Shown: positions 29,469-41,338 of the stretch, in pieces | Layout: each line of letters opens with the position of its first letter | Position numbering within the stretch: the stretch's first letter is position 1 | Source: Dehalococcoidia bacterium | Lineage (GTDB): Bacteria > Chloroflexota > Dehalococcoidia > UBA2979 | Direction: 5' to 3' | Assembly: GCA_965200555.1 (NCBI GenBank) | Contig: OZ241365.1 | Location: forward strand, 920,605-984,604 | DNA: 64,000 nucleotides | Notes under the pieces: generated by a model | The model's database searches: none | Told to the model about the DNA's origin: nothing | What the model saw: the letters and a program-made list of their open reading frames with translations, nothing else | Translations under genes and position numbers: made by a program

Positions 29469-29500
29469 CGGCGCCGCGCGCCGGGGAGCGACGGGAAGTC

Positions 29501-31009
<1,509 letters not shown>

Positions 31010-31053
31010 CGGCGGCCGCGCGCGCGGGAAGCTGAGGCGGAGGAGCCAACGGG

Positions 31054-31953
31054 ATGCCGGGCGCAGGCCAGGTTCGCGCGATCCGCGATCGCATCCGGTC
31101 GGTCGAGAACACGGCCAAGGTCACGAAGGCCATGGAGCTGGTCGCCGCCTCGAAGATGCGGCGGGCGCAGGATCGCGCGCTCTCGGCGCGGCCCTACGCC
31201 GAGCACATGCGCGCGGTGCTGCGGAGCCTCGCCCGCACGGCCGGCGGCGGCGACGCCGAGGAGCTGCACCCGCTGCTGGAGCAGCGGCCGGTGCGCCACT
31301 TCGCCTTCATCCACGTCACCGCCAACCGCGGCCTCGCCGGCGGCCTCAACTCCAACATGAACCGCGCCGGGGCCGCGCTCGCCCTCGAACGCCAGCCGCA
31401 CGCCGAGCGCGTCTCGGTGATCGCGGTGGGGCGCAAGGGGCGCGACTTCTTCCGCCGCGCCGGCTTCCCCCAGCTCGCCGAGTTCACCGACCTCGGCGAC
31501 TACCCGGGGGCCGCCGACACCCTGCCGATCGCGCGCATCGTCGTCGAGGACTACGCCGCGGGCGAGATCGATCAGGTCTACATCGGCTTCCAGCAGTTCG
31601 TGAACACCGCCGTGCAGCGCCCCGCCGTGCGCCAGATCCTGCCGATCCAGCCGCCCGCGGGGGACGAGGACGGCGAGGGCGCGGCGGCGGGCGCCGACTT
31701 CATCTTCGAGCCCTCGCCGCGGGCGCTGCTGGAGACGCTGCTGCCGCGTTACGTCGAGATGCAGGTCTACGGCGCGATCCTCGAGGCCTCCGCGTCCGAG
31801 CAGTCGGCGCGGATGGTGGCGATGCGGGCCGCCACCGACGCCGCCAACGACATGGTGGGCGGCCTCACCCTCACCTACAACAAGGCGCGGCAGGAACTGA
31901 TCACCAGCGAACTGCTCGACATCGTCGGCGGCACCGCCGCCGTCGAACGCTAG
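31054..31953 (+). CDS. atpG: F-type ATP synthase subunit gamma
   Basis: The N-terminus IRDRIRSVENTAKVTKAMELVAASKMRRAQ and the C-terminus ITSELLDIVGG are canonical gamma sequences. Confidence 0.92.
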   Translation: MPGAGQVRAIRDRIRSVENTAKVTKAMELVAASKMRRAQDRALSARPYAEHMRAVLRSLARTAGGGDAEELHPLLEQRPVRHFAFIHVTANRGLAGGLNSNMNRAGAALALERQPHAERVSVIAVGRKGRDFFRRAGFPQLAEFTDLGDYPGAADTLPIARIVVEDYAAGEIDQVYIGFQQFVNTAVQRPAVRQILPIQPPAGDEDGEGAAAGADFIFEPSPRALLETLLPRYVEMQVYGAILEASASEQSARMVAMRAATDAANDMVGGLTLTYNKARQELITSELLDIVGGTAAVER

Positions 31954-33435
<1,482 letters not shown>

Positions 33436-33439
33436 CGCC

Positions 33440-33883
33440 GTGCCGCTGCGGCTCTCCGTCGTCACCGCCGAGCGCGAGGTCGCCGCGCGCGACGACGTGC
33501 AGCGCCTGATCGTCCCCACCACCGAGGGCCAGATCACCGTGCTGCCCGGCCACGCCGCGCTCATGGCCAGCCTCGACGTCGGCGAACTCGTCGCCGTCTC
33601 CGCCGGGGAGGAGGAGCCGATGGTCGTGCACGGCGGCTTCCTCCGCGTCCTGCGCGACGAGGTGACGGTGCTCGCCGACGCCGCCGAGCGCGTGGACGAG
33701 ATCGACGAGGCCCGCGCCGAGGCCGCCCGCGAGCGCGCCGCCCAGCGCATGGCCGGCGGCGGCGCGCCCGCCGACGGGGCGCTCGACCTCGCGCGCGTGC
33801 GCGCCTCGATGCTGCGCGCGCAGATGCGTATCCGCGTGCGCCGCAAGCGCCGCCCCGGCGGCGCCCCCTCCGCCCGGCCGTAG
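33440..33883 (+). CDS. atpC: F-type ATP synthase subunit epsilon
   Basis: A GTG start preceded by AGGAG. The protein has a beta-sandwich followed by a helical C-terminus (LRLSVVTAEREV...VLPGHAALMASL...). The track ORF extends upstream out of context. Confidence 0.8.
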   Translation: MPLRLSVVTAEREVAARDDVQRLIVPTTEGQITVLPGHAALMASLDVGELVAVSAGEEEPMVVHGGFLRVLRDEVTVLADAAERVDEIDEARAEAARERAAQRMAGGGAPADGALDLARVRASMLRAQMRIRVRRKRRPGGAPSARP

Positions 33884-33940
33884 GCGCCACGCCCCGCCGC
33901 GCGGCGCGCTGCGATACGGGGCGCGACGGAGCACCGACCG

Positions 33941-34531
33941 ATGACGACTGTCGAGGCGACGGCGACCGGGGCACGGCTGCTGACCGCCGGCGACCTGCTG
34001 CGGCTGTCCTCGCAGGGCGTGCGCGGCGAGCTGATCATGGGGGTGTTGCACGAAACCGTGGCGGCGGGACTGAGACACGGCCGGATCGCGGCTCGGCTGA
34101 TCATGCGGCTGGGCGAATACGTCGAGCCGCGAGGCCTCGGGACCGTGGTCGGCACGGACTCCGGCGTGCTGCTGGATCGCGAACCCGACACCGTGCGCGA
34201 GCCGGACGTCGCGTTCTTCTCCGCGGACACGCTGCCCCTCGACGCCGACATCCCCGGCTACGCGGATGTCGTCCCCGGCCTCGTGGCGGAGATCCGCTCC
34301 CCCGGCGACACGCTGCGCGAGGTCCACGACAAGGCGCGGATGTGGCTGAGCTACGGCGTCCGCCTCGTCTGGGTGGTGCGCCCCGAGGAGCGCGCCGTCG
34401 ACGTCCACCGCCCCGGCGAGGTGATCGCGACCCTCGGCGAGGGCGACGCCCTCGACGGCCACGACGCGCTGCCCGGTTTCGCCTGCGAGGTCGCCGCCCT
34501 CTTCGGCCCGACGCCCGCTCCCGCGTCCTGA
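33941..34531 (+). CDS. Uma2-family endonuclease (DUF820, restriction-endonuclease-like fold)
   Basis: It matches the typical pattern: GELIMG....V...H...L...G.V......REPDVAFFS...P..VVPGLVAEIRSPGD......KARMWLSYGVRLVWVV. Confidence 0.7.
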   Translation: MTTVEATATGARLLTAGDLLRLSSQGVRGELIMGVLHETVAAGLRHGRIAARLIMRLGEYVEPRGLGTVVGTDSGVLLDREPDTVREPDVAFFSADTLPLDADIPGYADVVPGLVAEIRSPGDTLREVHDKARMWLSYGVRLVWVVRPEERAVDVHRPGEVIATLGEGDALDGHDALPGFACEVAALFGPTPAPAS

Positions 34532-34596
34532 GCCGTCGCGCCGCGCGCGTTCGCCGCGGCCCGGCGGGATCGCGCCGGCGGCGGCGGCCCTGCCGC

Positions 34597-35490
34597 CTAC
34601 TCTCCCTCGCGCTGGGAGCGGCGGAAGAAGCCCTCGAGGTCGCTGAGCAGGTCCTCGGCGGAGGGGAGGTCGGCTGCGCCGCCGTCCGCGACGGACGGGC
34701 CGGCGTCGGCGTCGTACTGCTCCTCGAGGTCGCGGACGTAGGCGGCGGCCTCGCTCGACTCCGCCAGCGCCTCGCGCACCTGCTCGGCGTACTCCTCGGC
34801 GCGCGCCTCGACGTCGGCGAGCGAGGTGCGGAGGCCGAAGCCGCGGTCGATGACCTCGACGAGCGCCGCGATCGCCCGCGGGTTCGGCCCCGCCGAGAGG
34901 TAGTGCGGCGCCTGCGCCCAGAGGCTGGCGTTGCGCCAGCCTCGCGACCGGTGCGAGAGGTTGAGCACCCCGACGATGCCCGTCGGCCCCTCGTAGCGCG
35001 ACTCCGGCACCTCGAGGCCGAACTGGCGCTCGAACCCGTCGTCGGAGGCGGAGAGCGTGACCGGCAGCGGGCGCGTGTGCGGCACGGCGGCGGCCTGCGC
35101 CGCGATGGTGATGCTGGTGGTGACGCCCGCCGCCTCCATCAGGTCGGCCACCGCCTCGCTGAAGGTGCGCCAGCGCAGGTGCGGCTCGGCGCTCGACAGC
35201 AGCAGGAAGTCGCGATCGGCGCCCTCCGGCGAGGCGACGCGGAACTTCGGCACGGGCCAGTCGATGGTGCGCCGCTCGCCGTCGAGGCGGACGATCGGGC
35301 GCTGCACGGTGAAGTCGAAGAACGGCTCCGGCTCGATCTCGGCGAGGTCGCTCGCACCCCACTGCTCGCAGAGGTGGTCGATGGTGGCGAGGGCGGCGCC
35401 GCCGAAGTCGTTGAGGCCGGAGAAGGCGGCGATCAGCACCGGATCGCGCAGCGGGCGCACCTCGCCGATCGCGCGCAGCGCCTCGTGCAT
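34597..35490 (-). CDS. PAC2 (proteasome assembly chaperone 2)-family protein
   Basis: LIAAFSGLNDFGGAALATIDHL...IVRLDGERRTIDWP resembles the Rv2125-like PAC2 family. A GGAGGG RBS is present. The upstream part of the track ORF is artefact. Confidence 0.6.
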   Translation of the reverse strand: MHEALRAIGEVRPLRDPVLIAAFSGLNDFGGAALATIDHLCEQWGASDLAEIEPEPFFDFTVQRPIVRLDGERRTIDWPVPKFRVASPEGADRDFLLLSSAEPHLRWRTFSEAVADLMEAAGVTTSITIAAQAAAVPHTRPLPVTLSASDDGFERQFGLEVPESRYEGPTGIVGVLNLSHRSRGWRNASLWAQAPHYLSAGPNPRAIAALVEVIDRGFGLRTSLADVEARAEEYAEQVREALAESSEAAAYVRDLEEQYDADAGPSVADGGAADLPSAEDLLSDLEGFFRRSQREGE

Positions 35491-35534
35491 GGCCTCTCCC
35501 TCCGGCGCGCGGGCGCGGCCCCGCGCCCGATCCA

Positions 35535-36164
35535 TCATACGCCGCCGGCGCTCCCCGCTCCGGCGCCGGCGCGACGGCGCGTCCACAGCAGCCAGCCCGC
35601 GGCGGCGGCCAGCAGCCCCGCCGTCAGCGCCACCGCCACGAGGTCGAAGCGTTCGGCGAGGAACGCCTCGAAGCGGTCGCCCCAGAGGAAGATCGCCGCC
35701 CCGAACGCCCCGAAGCGCAGCCCCCGCCCCAGCAGCGAGGCGAACACGAACGGCGCGCGCGGGACGCCGAGCACCCCGGCGGCGACGGTGCAGACCTTGT
35801 AGGGGATCGGCGTGAGGCCGGCGATCACGATCGCCCAGAAGCCGTAGCGCGCGAACAGCGCCTCCGCGCGCGCCTCCTTGCCGCGCCCGAAACGCTGCAG
35901 CAGCGGCCGCCCGAGCCGCACGCCGAGCCAGTGCCCGGCCAGCCCTCCCGCCGTCGAGGCGACGGTGGTGAGCGCGGCGAGCGCCAGCGCCGCGTCGGGG
36001 TTGCGGAGCGCGAGCGCGATCAGCAGCGGGTCGGGCGGCAGCGGGAAGAAGATCGCCTCGGACGCCGTGACGAGGGCCAGCGCGATCGGCCCGGCGGGGC
36101 TGTCGGCCCAGGCGACGAGCCAGTCCCCGAGGTCGTGCAGCCGGGCGCGGAGGGAGTCGAGCAC
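35535..36164 (-). CDS. YqaA/DedA-like (VTT domain) membrane protein
   Basis: SPAGPIALALVTASEAIFFPLPPDPLLIALAL is the YqaA-family signature; multiple TM helices. Confidence 0.65.
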   Translation of the reverse strand: MLDSLRARLHDLGDWLVAWADSPAGPIALALVTASEAIFFPLPPDPLLIALALRNPDAALALAALTTVASTAGGLAGHWLGVRLGRPLLQRFGRGKEARAEALFARYGFWAIVIAGLTPIPYKVCTVAAGVLGVPRAPFVFASLLGRGLRFGAFGAAIFLWGDRFEAFLAERFDLVAVALTAGLLAAAAGWLLWTRRRAGAGAGSAGGV

Positions 36165-36301
36165 CGTACGCGCAGCGTGCGGCGTGGCGCGCCAGCGGGC
36201 AAGCGGCGGCGCGCGCGCCTCCGGGGATCGAGGGAAACGCGGAGCGCGGCCCCGCCCGCGGCGCGGCGGCGGGCGGGGCCGTACGGGGCGCGGAGCCTAG
36301 T

Positions 36302-37350
36302 TGTAGGTCCCAGGGAGGTTGTTGACAGGCGAGGAGCCTCGCTGCTGCCGTTGCGTGAGCAACAGCGACGACGGCAGGAGGCTCCTCGTGTCCCACCCTA
36401 ACGCACGGTTGACCCCGAAGGCGCGCCTCGACCTCGTGTTGGAGGTCGAGGCCGGCTGGACCCGGGCCGAGGCGGCGCGGCGGTTCCGTGTCTCGCGCGC
36501 CACCGCCGCCAAGTGGGTGCGCCGCTACCGCGGCGAGGGCGAGGCCGGCCTGCGCGACCGCTGCTCACGCCCGCGCCGGTCGCCCGGCATCACGGCGCCG
36601 TCCGAGGCGGAGGCCGTCCTCGGGTTGCGCCGCGAGCGCGGCTGGGGGCCGCACCGCATCGCCTGGGCGCTGGGCATGGCCCCCTCCACCGCATACGCCG
36701 TCCTGCGCCGGGCCGGTCTCCACCGCCGCGACCGGATGCACCGCGTCAGCCGCGAGGTCGTGCGCTACGAGCGCGGCAGGCCGGGCGAGCTGCTGCACCT
36801 CGACGTCAAGAAGCTCGGGCGCGTCCCGCCGGGCGGCGGCAAGCGCTTCGCGCCCGGCTTCGCGGAGACCCGCAGCGGACCGAGGGGCAGGGGCAGGGGC
36901 GGCGGCGGCATCGACTGCGTGCACGTCGCCGTGGACGACCGCTCGCGCTACGCCTACGCCGAGGCGCTGCCGGACGAGCGCGGCGTCACCACCGCGGCCT
37001 TCCTCGAGCGGGCGATCGCCCGCTTCGCCGGCCTCGGCGTGCGGGTGGAGCGGGTGCTCACCGACAACGGCGGGAACTACCTCAGCGGCGCCTTCCGCGA
37101 GATGGCCGCGGCGCACGGGGTGGGGCTGCGGCGGACGAGGCCGTACCGGCCGCAGACCAACGGCAAGGCCGAGGCGTTCATCAAGATCCTGCAGGACGAG
37201 TGGGCGTACCGGCGCGCCTACGGCTCGAACGCGGAGCGGCTCGCCGCGCTCCCGCTCTTCCTGAGCGAGTACAATCACGCCCGTCCGCACGGCGGCATCG
37301 GCGGGGCCGTCCCCGCCTCCCGCCTGTAAACAACGTCCCTGGGACCTACA
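36302..37350 (+). mobile_element. IS481-family insertion sequence (1049 bp) with 28-bp imperfect terminal inverted repeats (TGTAGGTCCCAGGGAGGTTGTTGACAGG / ...CCTGTAAACAACGTCCCTGGGACCTACA) and 6-bp target site duplication CCTAGT (36296-36301 and 37351-37356)
   Basis: The TIRs (26/28 identity) and the flanking direct repeats were read directly. The single ORF encodes an IS481-type DDE transposase. Confidence 0.85.
36388..37329 (+). CDS. IS481-family transposase (HTH + DDE rve integrase core)
   Basis: GTG start with AGGAGG 7 nt upstream. VSHPNARLTPKARLDLV is the typical IS481 N-terminus, and the DDE-domain motifs include HLDVKKL..., VHVAVDDRSRYAY, and TDNGGNY...NGKAE. Confidence 0.85.
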   Translation: MSHPNARLTPKARLDLVLEVEAGWTRAEAARRFRVSRATAAKWVRRYRGEGEAGLRDRCSRPRRSPGITAPSEAEAVLGLRRERGWGPHRIAWALGMAPSTAYAVLRRAGLHRRDRMHRVSREVVRYERGRPGELLHLDVKKLGRVPPGGGKRFAPGFAETRSGPRGRGRGGGGIDCVHVAVDDRSRYAYAEALPDERGVTTAAFLERAIARFAGLGVRVERVLTDNGGNYLSGAFREMAAAHGVGLRRTRPYRPQTNGKAEAFIKILQDEWAYRRAYGSNAERLAALPLFLSEYNHARPHGGIGGAVPASRL

Positions 37351-37351
37351 C

Positions 37352-37708
37352 CTAGTGGCCGCCGCCCGCGGCGCAGCCGCAGCCGCCGCCACCGCCGGAG
37401 GACTGGGCGTTGGGGGCGTCGATGGTGAAGCCCTTCCGCATCAGGTCGTCCTCGGTGTAGCCGATCGAGGCGCCTTCGAGGCTGACGGCGGCGCCGGGGT
37501 CGACGATGAAGCGCACGCCGTGGATGTCGAGCACGGCGTCGTCCTCGGCGGGGCGGTCGATGCCCATGGCGAACGAGGGGCCGCTGCAGCCGCAGCCGCC
37601 GCCACGCTCGAAGATACGCAGGCCTTGCGCCTCGTCCTCGCGCTGCTGGGTGACGATCATGCCGAGCCGCTGCGCCGCGTCCTCGCTGACGGTGAGGGTG
37701 AGAGTCAT
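37352..37708 (-). CDS. HesB/IscA-family iron-sulfur cluster insertion protein
   Basis: MTLTLTVSEDAAQRL...GLRIFERGGGCGCSGPSFAMGID...GVRFIVD...SIGYTED....GFTIDAPNA...CGC is the IscA/ErpA pattern. The stop codon lies inside the right-hand IS target duplication. Confidence 0.75.
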   Translation of the reverse strand: MTLTLTVSEDAAQRLGMIVTQQREDEAQGLRIFERGGGCGCSGPSFAMGIDRPAEDDAVLDIHGVRFIVDPGAAVSLEGASIGYTEDDLMRKGFTIDAPNAQSSGGGGGCGCAAGGGH

Positions 37709-37858
37709 GTGGCTCCTCCGCTGCGCCGCGCCGCGTCCGCGCGACGCCCCCAGCATGACGCCGCCCCCGCCCCGTGGCAAGCGCCCCGCCCTCGCCCGGC
37801 CGCGGCTCCGGCCTCGCCGAAGCCGCGATCGCGCGGGCGTTCGCCGCGAGGCGAGGCG

Positions 37859-40800
37859 TCAGGGCGCGGCCCGCAGCCTGGCGGCGGCGGAGGCGACGAT
37901 CGCGTCGAACAGCGCGCCCACGTCCCGGGAAGCCGTTCCCGAAGCGCCCGCCGCCGCTGCATCGATCAGGCGGCCGTGCTCCTCGCCGGTGAAGCCGTCC
38001 ACGAGCAGCAGCGAACCGCTCTCTTCGTCGTCCAGCCTCACCGTGAACGTCCCGTCGTCGTTGAGCGCCCATCCACGGTAGACGAGCGTCATGCCCGCCG
38101 GTACGTCGACGACGAGGCCCGACGAGACGCGGTACGCGCGTGCGCCCTCGACCGGCTGTCCGCGACGCATCCGCGGGATGCCGTCGGCTCCCACCTCGAG
38201 GGGCGGCGGCGGGCCCCACCGGAACTCGACGGCGGCATCGGCTTCGACACGGAACCTGCCGTCGGCATCGTGGCAATCGTACTCGTAGGCTACTCCTTCG
38301 ACGGAAAATCGCTTACGAGGCGGCATGGGCGGGTCCGCCAGCACGGCCGTCACCTCGTAGTGACCCCAGCAGCCGTCGGCGTGCCATACGGTGAATTCGT
38401 CGCCGACCTCGACCCCGCCGTAGAAATTGGACCGCGATACGCCCCCTGCGTCCGTCGGGTGCACCAGCAGGCCTCCGGCGTGATCTCGAATCCACGCAGA
38501 TCCACTAAACCCGCTCGTCAGGTCGCTGGCGTCCTCGAGGAAGGCGTAGCTGCCCGGCGCGATGGCGCCGCCCGTCGTGTCGCGTCGGTGGTAGCGCAGC
38601 ACGGCCTCGCCCTCGCCGGTCCTCGCGGAGGCGGCGATCAGGTCGAACAGCGCGCCCACGTTCCTCGCCGCGCCGGAAGCGGTGACGCGGCGGCCGGTCT
38701 CGCCGCCGTGCCAGCCGCCCACGAGGAGCAGCGAGCCGCTGGCTTCGTCCTCCAGTCTCGCCGAAACCGTCCATGCGTCGTTGCGCGTCCACCCCCTGTG
38801 GACGAGCGTCATCCCCGCGGGCACGTCGACGACGAGGGACGACGAGACGCGGTACGCGCGTCCGCCCTCGGATGGCCGACCGAGGCGCAGCCACGGGATG
38901 CCGTCTGCTCTCGCGTCGGGCCGCGCGGAGGCGGCGATCAGGTCGAACGCCAGGCTCACGTCCGGGCGCGATCCGGGAGTGATCGTGCGTCCGAAATCCG
39001 CGCCCGTCTCGGCGGCAAGAAACAGGCGGGAGCCGCTCTCCTCGTCCTTCAGCACGACTTCCTCTTCGCCGGGGGAAGGATTGCTGAGGATCACCCAAGC
39101 GAATATCAACCTCATGCCCGCCGGTACGTCGATGACGAAACTGCGTCCGCGCTCTCCGAGACGATACGTCCCGCCTCCGACCGGCTGGCCCTGCCGCATC
39201 CACGGGATACCGTCGGCGCCTACTTCGAGGGGCGGCGGCGGACCCCACCGGAACTCGATGGCGACAGCGGGTTCCGCGGTGTCGCCGCAGCCTTCGCTTT
39301 CGTAGGTGACGCTCTCGATGGCGAACCGCTTGCGCGGCGGATCGGGCGGGTCCGCCAGCACGGCCGTCACCTCGTAGTGGCCCCAGCAATCCGCGGCGAC
39401 CCATGCGGTGAACTCGTCGCCGGCCTCGACATCTCCATAGAAGCCCGACCGCGACACGCCGCCGGCGTCCGTCTGGTGCACCAGCAGACCTTCGCCGAAG
39501 ACGCTCAGCCACGCGGAACCGGCATCCCCGCCCGTCAGGTCGCTGGCGTTCCTGAGGAAGGCGTAGCTGCCCGGCGCGATGGCGCCGCCCGTCGTGTCGC
39601 GGCGGTCGTAGGGCAGCACAGCCCCGCCGGCGGGCTCGGGCGGGCGGCAGAGGCCGAGCGCGGCCTCGATCGCCGCGGCGGGGTCGCCGCCGCGCATCGC
39701 CCCGGCGTAGCCGCGCACCGAGCATTCGAGGCCCGACGCGGCGTCGAAGACGCGCACGAACACGCTCAGGCGCGGGTCGTGCGCGGGGCCGGGCGGGCTG
39801 TAGCGCACGAGCGCCGGACGCCCGCCGGCGACGCGCGCCTCGGTGACGGACGAGCCGTCGCCGCCGCGCGCCGCCCAGACGTAGTCCGGCTGCGCGCCGA
39901 GGCGCCGCACCTCGGCGCGCAGCGCCGTGCGGCCGGCGGCGTCGTCCCAGATCGCGCGGTAGCCGTCCGCCGGGGCGGTGCGCGTGCCCGCCTCCGCCAG
40001 CGCGAGCGTCCAGCCCTCCGGCAGCCCCGCCGGGTCGCGCCAGAGCGCGATCCGTCGGCGCGCCTCGGCCGCGTCCGAGGTCTCGAACGGCGCGGCGGCG
40101 TCTCCCGGCGGCGGCGAGGCCCCGCCCCGCGGCTCGACCGACGCGCCCGCGGCCGGCAGCGCGCGTCCGTCCGAGGGCGCCGCGACGCCCTCCCAGTCGG
40201 TCGGGATCAGCAGCCACGGCCCGTGGCGCGCGGGCGCCTCCAGCGTTGCGGCGGCGAGGGGCGGAGGGTTCCACGAGACCTCGGCGTCCGCGTCCGCCGC
40301 GATCGCGCCCGCGCAGCCGGCCGCGGCCCAGGTCAGCGGTTCGACGGCGAACCCGTCGCGCTCTCCCCGCGGGAGCGCAGTCGCCAGATACCGCACCCAG
40401 CAGCCGTCCGCCGCGCGCCATTCGAGGACGCCGCCGGCTTCCGCGCCCTCGTAGGCGAGGGCCGCGCCGTCCGCGCCCGCGCCGAGGCGCAGCACGGCGG
40501 CGTCGCGGCGCAGGCCCTCCCACGTCGCGATCGGCTCGCCGTCCGCGTCGAGGAAGGCGTACGCGCCCGCCGCCAACGCCTCGCCCGTCGCGTCGAGGCG
40601 GTCGTAGCGCGCCGTCGGCGGCGGCGCGCCGGGCGGCGCCGGCGTCCCGTCGGCGCAGGCGAGCAGCAGCGGCTCGCCCGCGGGCGGCGAGGCGTCCTCG
40701 TGGCGGTCGAGGAAGGCGCGGTTGGCGGCGGCGGACGCGCCGAAGCGGTAGCGGACGAAGCCGCCGTCCGCGCCGTTCGCCCACGCCGAGCGCAGCGCGC

Positions 40801-41338
40801 AGCCGCCCGCCGCGGACGCCGCGCCGCCGAGCCTCTCGAGCGTCCCGCCCGGCCACGCGATCAGCTCCACGCCGCGCGTGGGCGGCGGCGCGGCGAGCGG
40901 CCACGGCGAGGGCGCGGGCGGCGGATCGAGCCGCGCGAGGAAGCCGCTCGCCACCCACCCGCCCAGGCGCGGGCCGGCGGCGACCGCCTCCCATACGTAG
41001 CCGTCGGCCTCGGCGCGCTCGCCGCGGGCGGTCAGCCCCGTGCCCTCGGGCAGGCAGGCCGCGATCGGCGCGGCGAGGGCGGGCGCGGCGCGCAGGTTGA
41101 GGCAGGTGTCGCCGGCGGTGTCCACCACGACGCGCGCCCCCCCGGCGAGCGGCCCGCCCGCGTCCGCGCGCCCGCCCCCGAGGGCGAGCGCGGCCAGCGC
41201 GAGGGCGGCTGCGAGCAGCGCGAGCGCGTCGCGTCGAGGGCGCATCGTGCGGCCTCCGATCGCGCGCAGCATACGCCGCGCGGCGCGGGCGGCGGCGTCA
41301 GGCGCCGGAGGGGGAAGGCCGTCCGGCGTCCGCGGCAC
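37859..41338 (-). CDS. Large secreted surface protein (SH3b-like N-domain + two ~330-aa internal repeats containing GGxxY...DVPAGM modules)
   Basis: Track ORF of 1159 aa. The probable true start is the internal ATG near 41270 (MRPRRDALALLAAALALAALALGGGRADA signal peptide), which avoids overlap with the DUF4145 gene end at 41298. The module DGIPW(L/M)R..G....GG.(T/A)YR.......V(I/V)DVPAGM.L occurs three times, and the VLPYDRRDTTGGAIAPGSYAFL... repeat occurs twice. Confidence 0.6.
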   Translation of the reverse strand: MPRTPDGLPPPAPDAAARAARRMLRAIGGRTMRPRRDALALLAAALALAALALGGGRADAGGPLAGGARVVVDTAGDTCLNLRAAPALAAPIAACLPEGTGLTARGERAEADGYVWEAVAAGPRLGGWVASGFLARLDPPPAPSPWPLAAPPPTRGVELIAWPGGTLERLGGAASAAGGCALRSAWANGADGGFVRYRFGASAAANRAFLDRHEDASPPAGEPLLLACADGTPAPPGAPPPTARYDRLDATGEALAAGAYAFLDADGEPIATWEGLRRDAAVLRLGAGADGAALAYEGAEAGGVLEWRAADGCWVRYLATALPRGERDGFAVEPLTWAAAGCAGAIAADADAEVSWNPPPLAAATLEAPARHGPWLLIPTDWEGVAAPSDGRALPAAGASVEPRGGASPPPGDAAAPFETSDAAEARRRIALWRDPAGLPEGWTLALAEAGTRTAPADGYRAIWDDAAGRTALRAEVRRLGAQPDYVWAARGGDGSSVTEARVAGGRPALVRYSPPGPAHDPRLSVFVRVFDAASGLECSVRGYAGAMRGGDPAAAIEAALGLCRPPEPAGGAVLPYDRRDTTGGAIAPGSYAFLRNASDLTGGDAGSAWLSVFGEGLLVHQTDAGGVSRSGFYGDVEAGDEFTAWVAADCWGHYEVTAVLADPPDPPRKRFAIESVTYESEGCGDTAEPAVAIEFRWGPPPPLEVGADGIPWMRQGQPVGGGTYRLGERGRSFVIDVPAGMRLIFAWVILSNPSPGEEEVVLKDEESGSRLFLAAETGADFGRTITPGSRPDVSLAFDLIAASARPDARADGIPWLRLGRPSEGGRAYRVSSSLVVDVPAGMTLVHRGWTRNDAWTVSARLEDEASGSLLLVGGWHGGETGRRVTASGAARNVGALFDLIAASARTGEGEAVLRYHRRDTTGGAIAPGSYAFLEDASDLTSGFSGSAWIRDHAGGLLVHPTDAGGVSRSNFYGGVEVGDEFTVWHADGCWGHYEVTAVLADPPMPPRKRFSVEGVAYEYDCHDADGRFRVEADAAVEFRWGPPPPLEVGADGIPRMRRGQPVEGARAYRVSSGLVVDVPAGMTLVYRGWALNDDGTFTVRLDDEESGSLLLVDGFTGEEHGRLIDAAAAGASGTASRDVGALFDAIVASAAARLRAAP

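Noticed and set aside
41243-41338. Apparent one-base frame discontinuity near 41281 between my manual back-translation of the displayed sequence and the track translation of ORF 37859..41338
   Set aside because: ORF coordinates before and after this point agree with the displayed sequence, and the ORF length is a multiple of three, so I attribute this to my own reading error rather than a real frameshift. A similar apparent off-by-one occurred at the livM start, and track coordinates are used there. The biologically likely start of the large protein is the internal ATG (MRPRRD..., about 41270) regardless.
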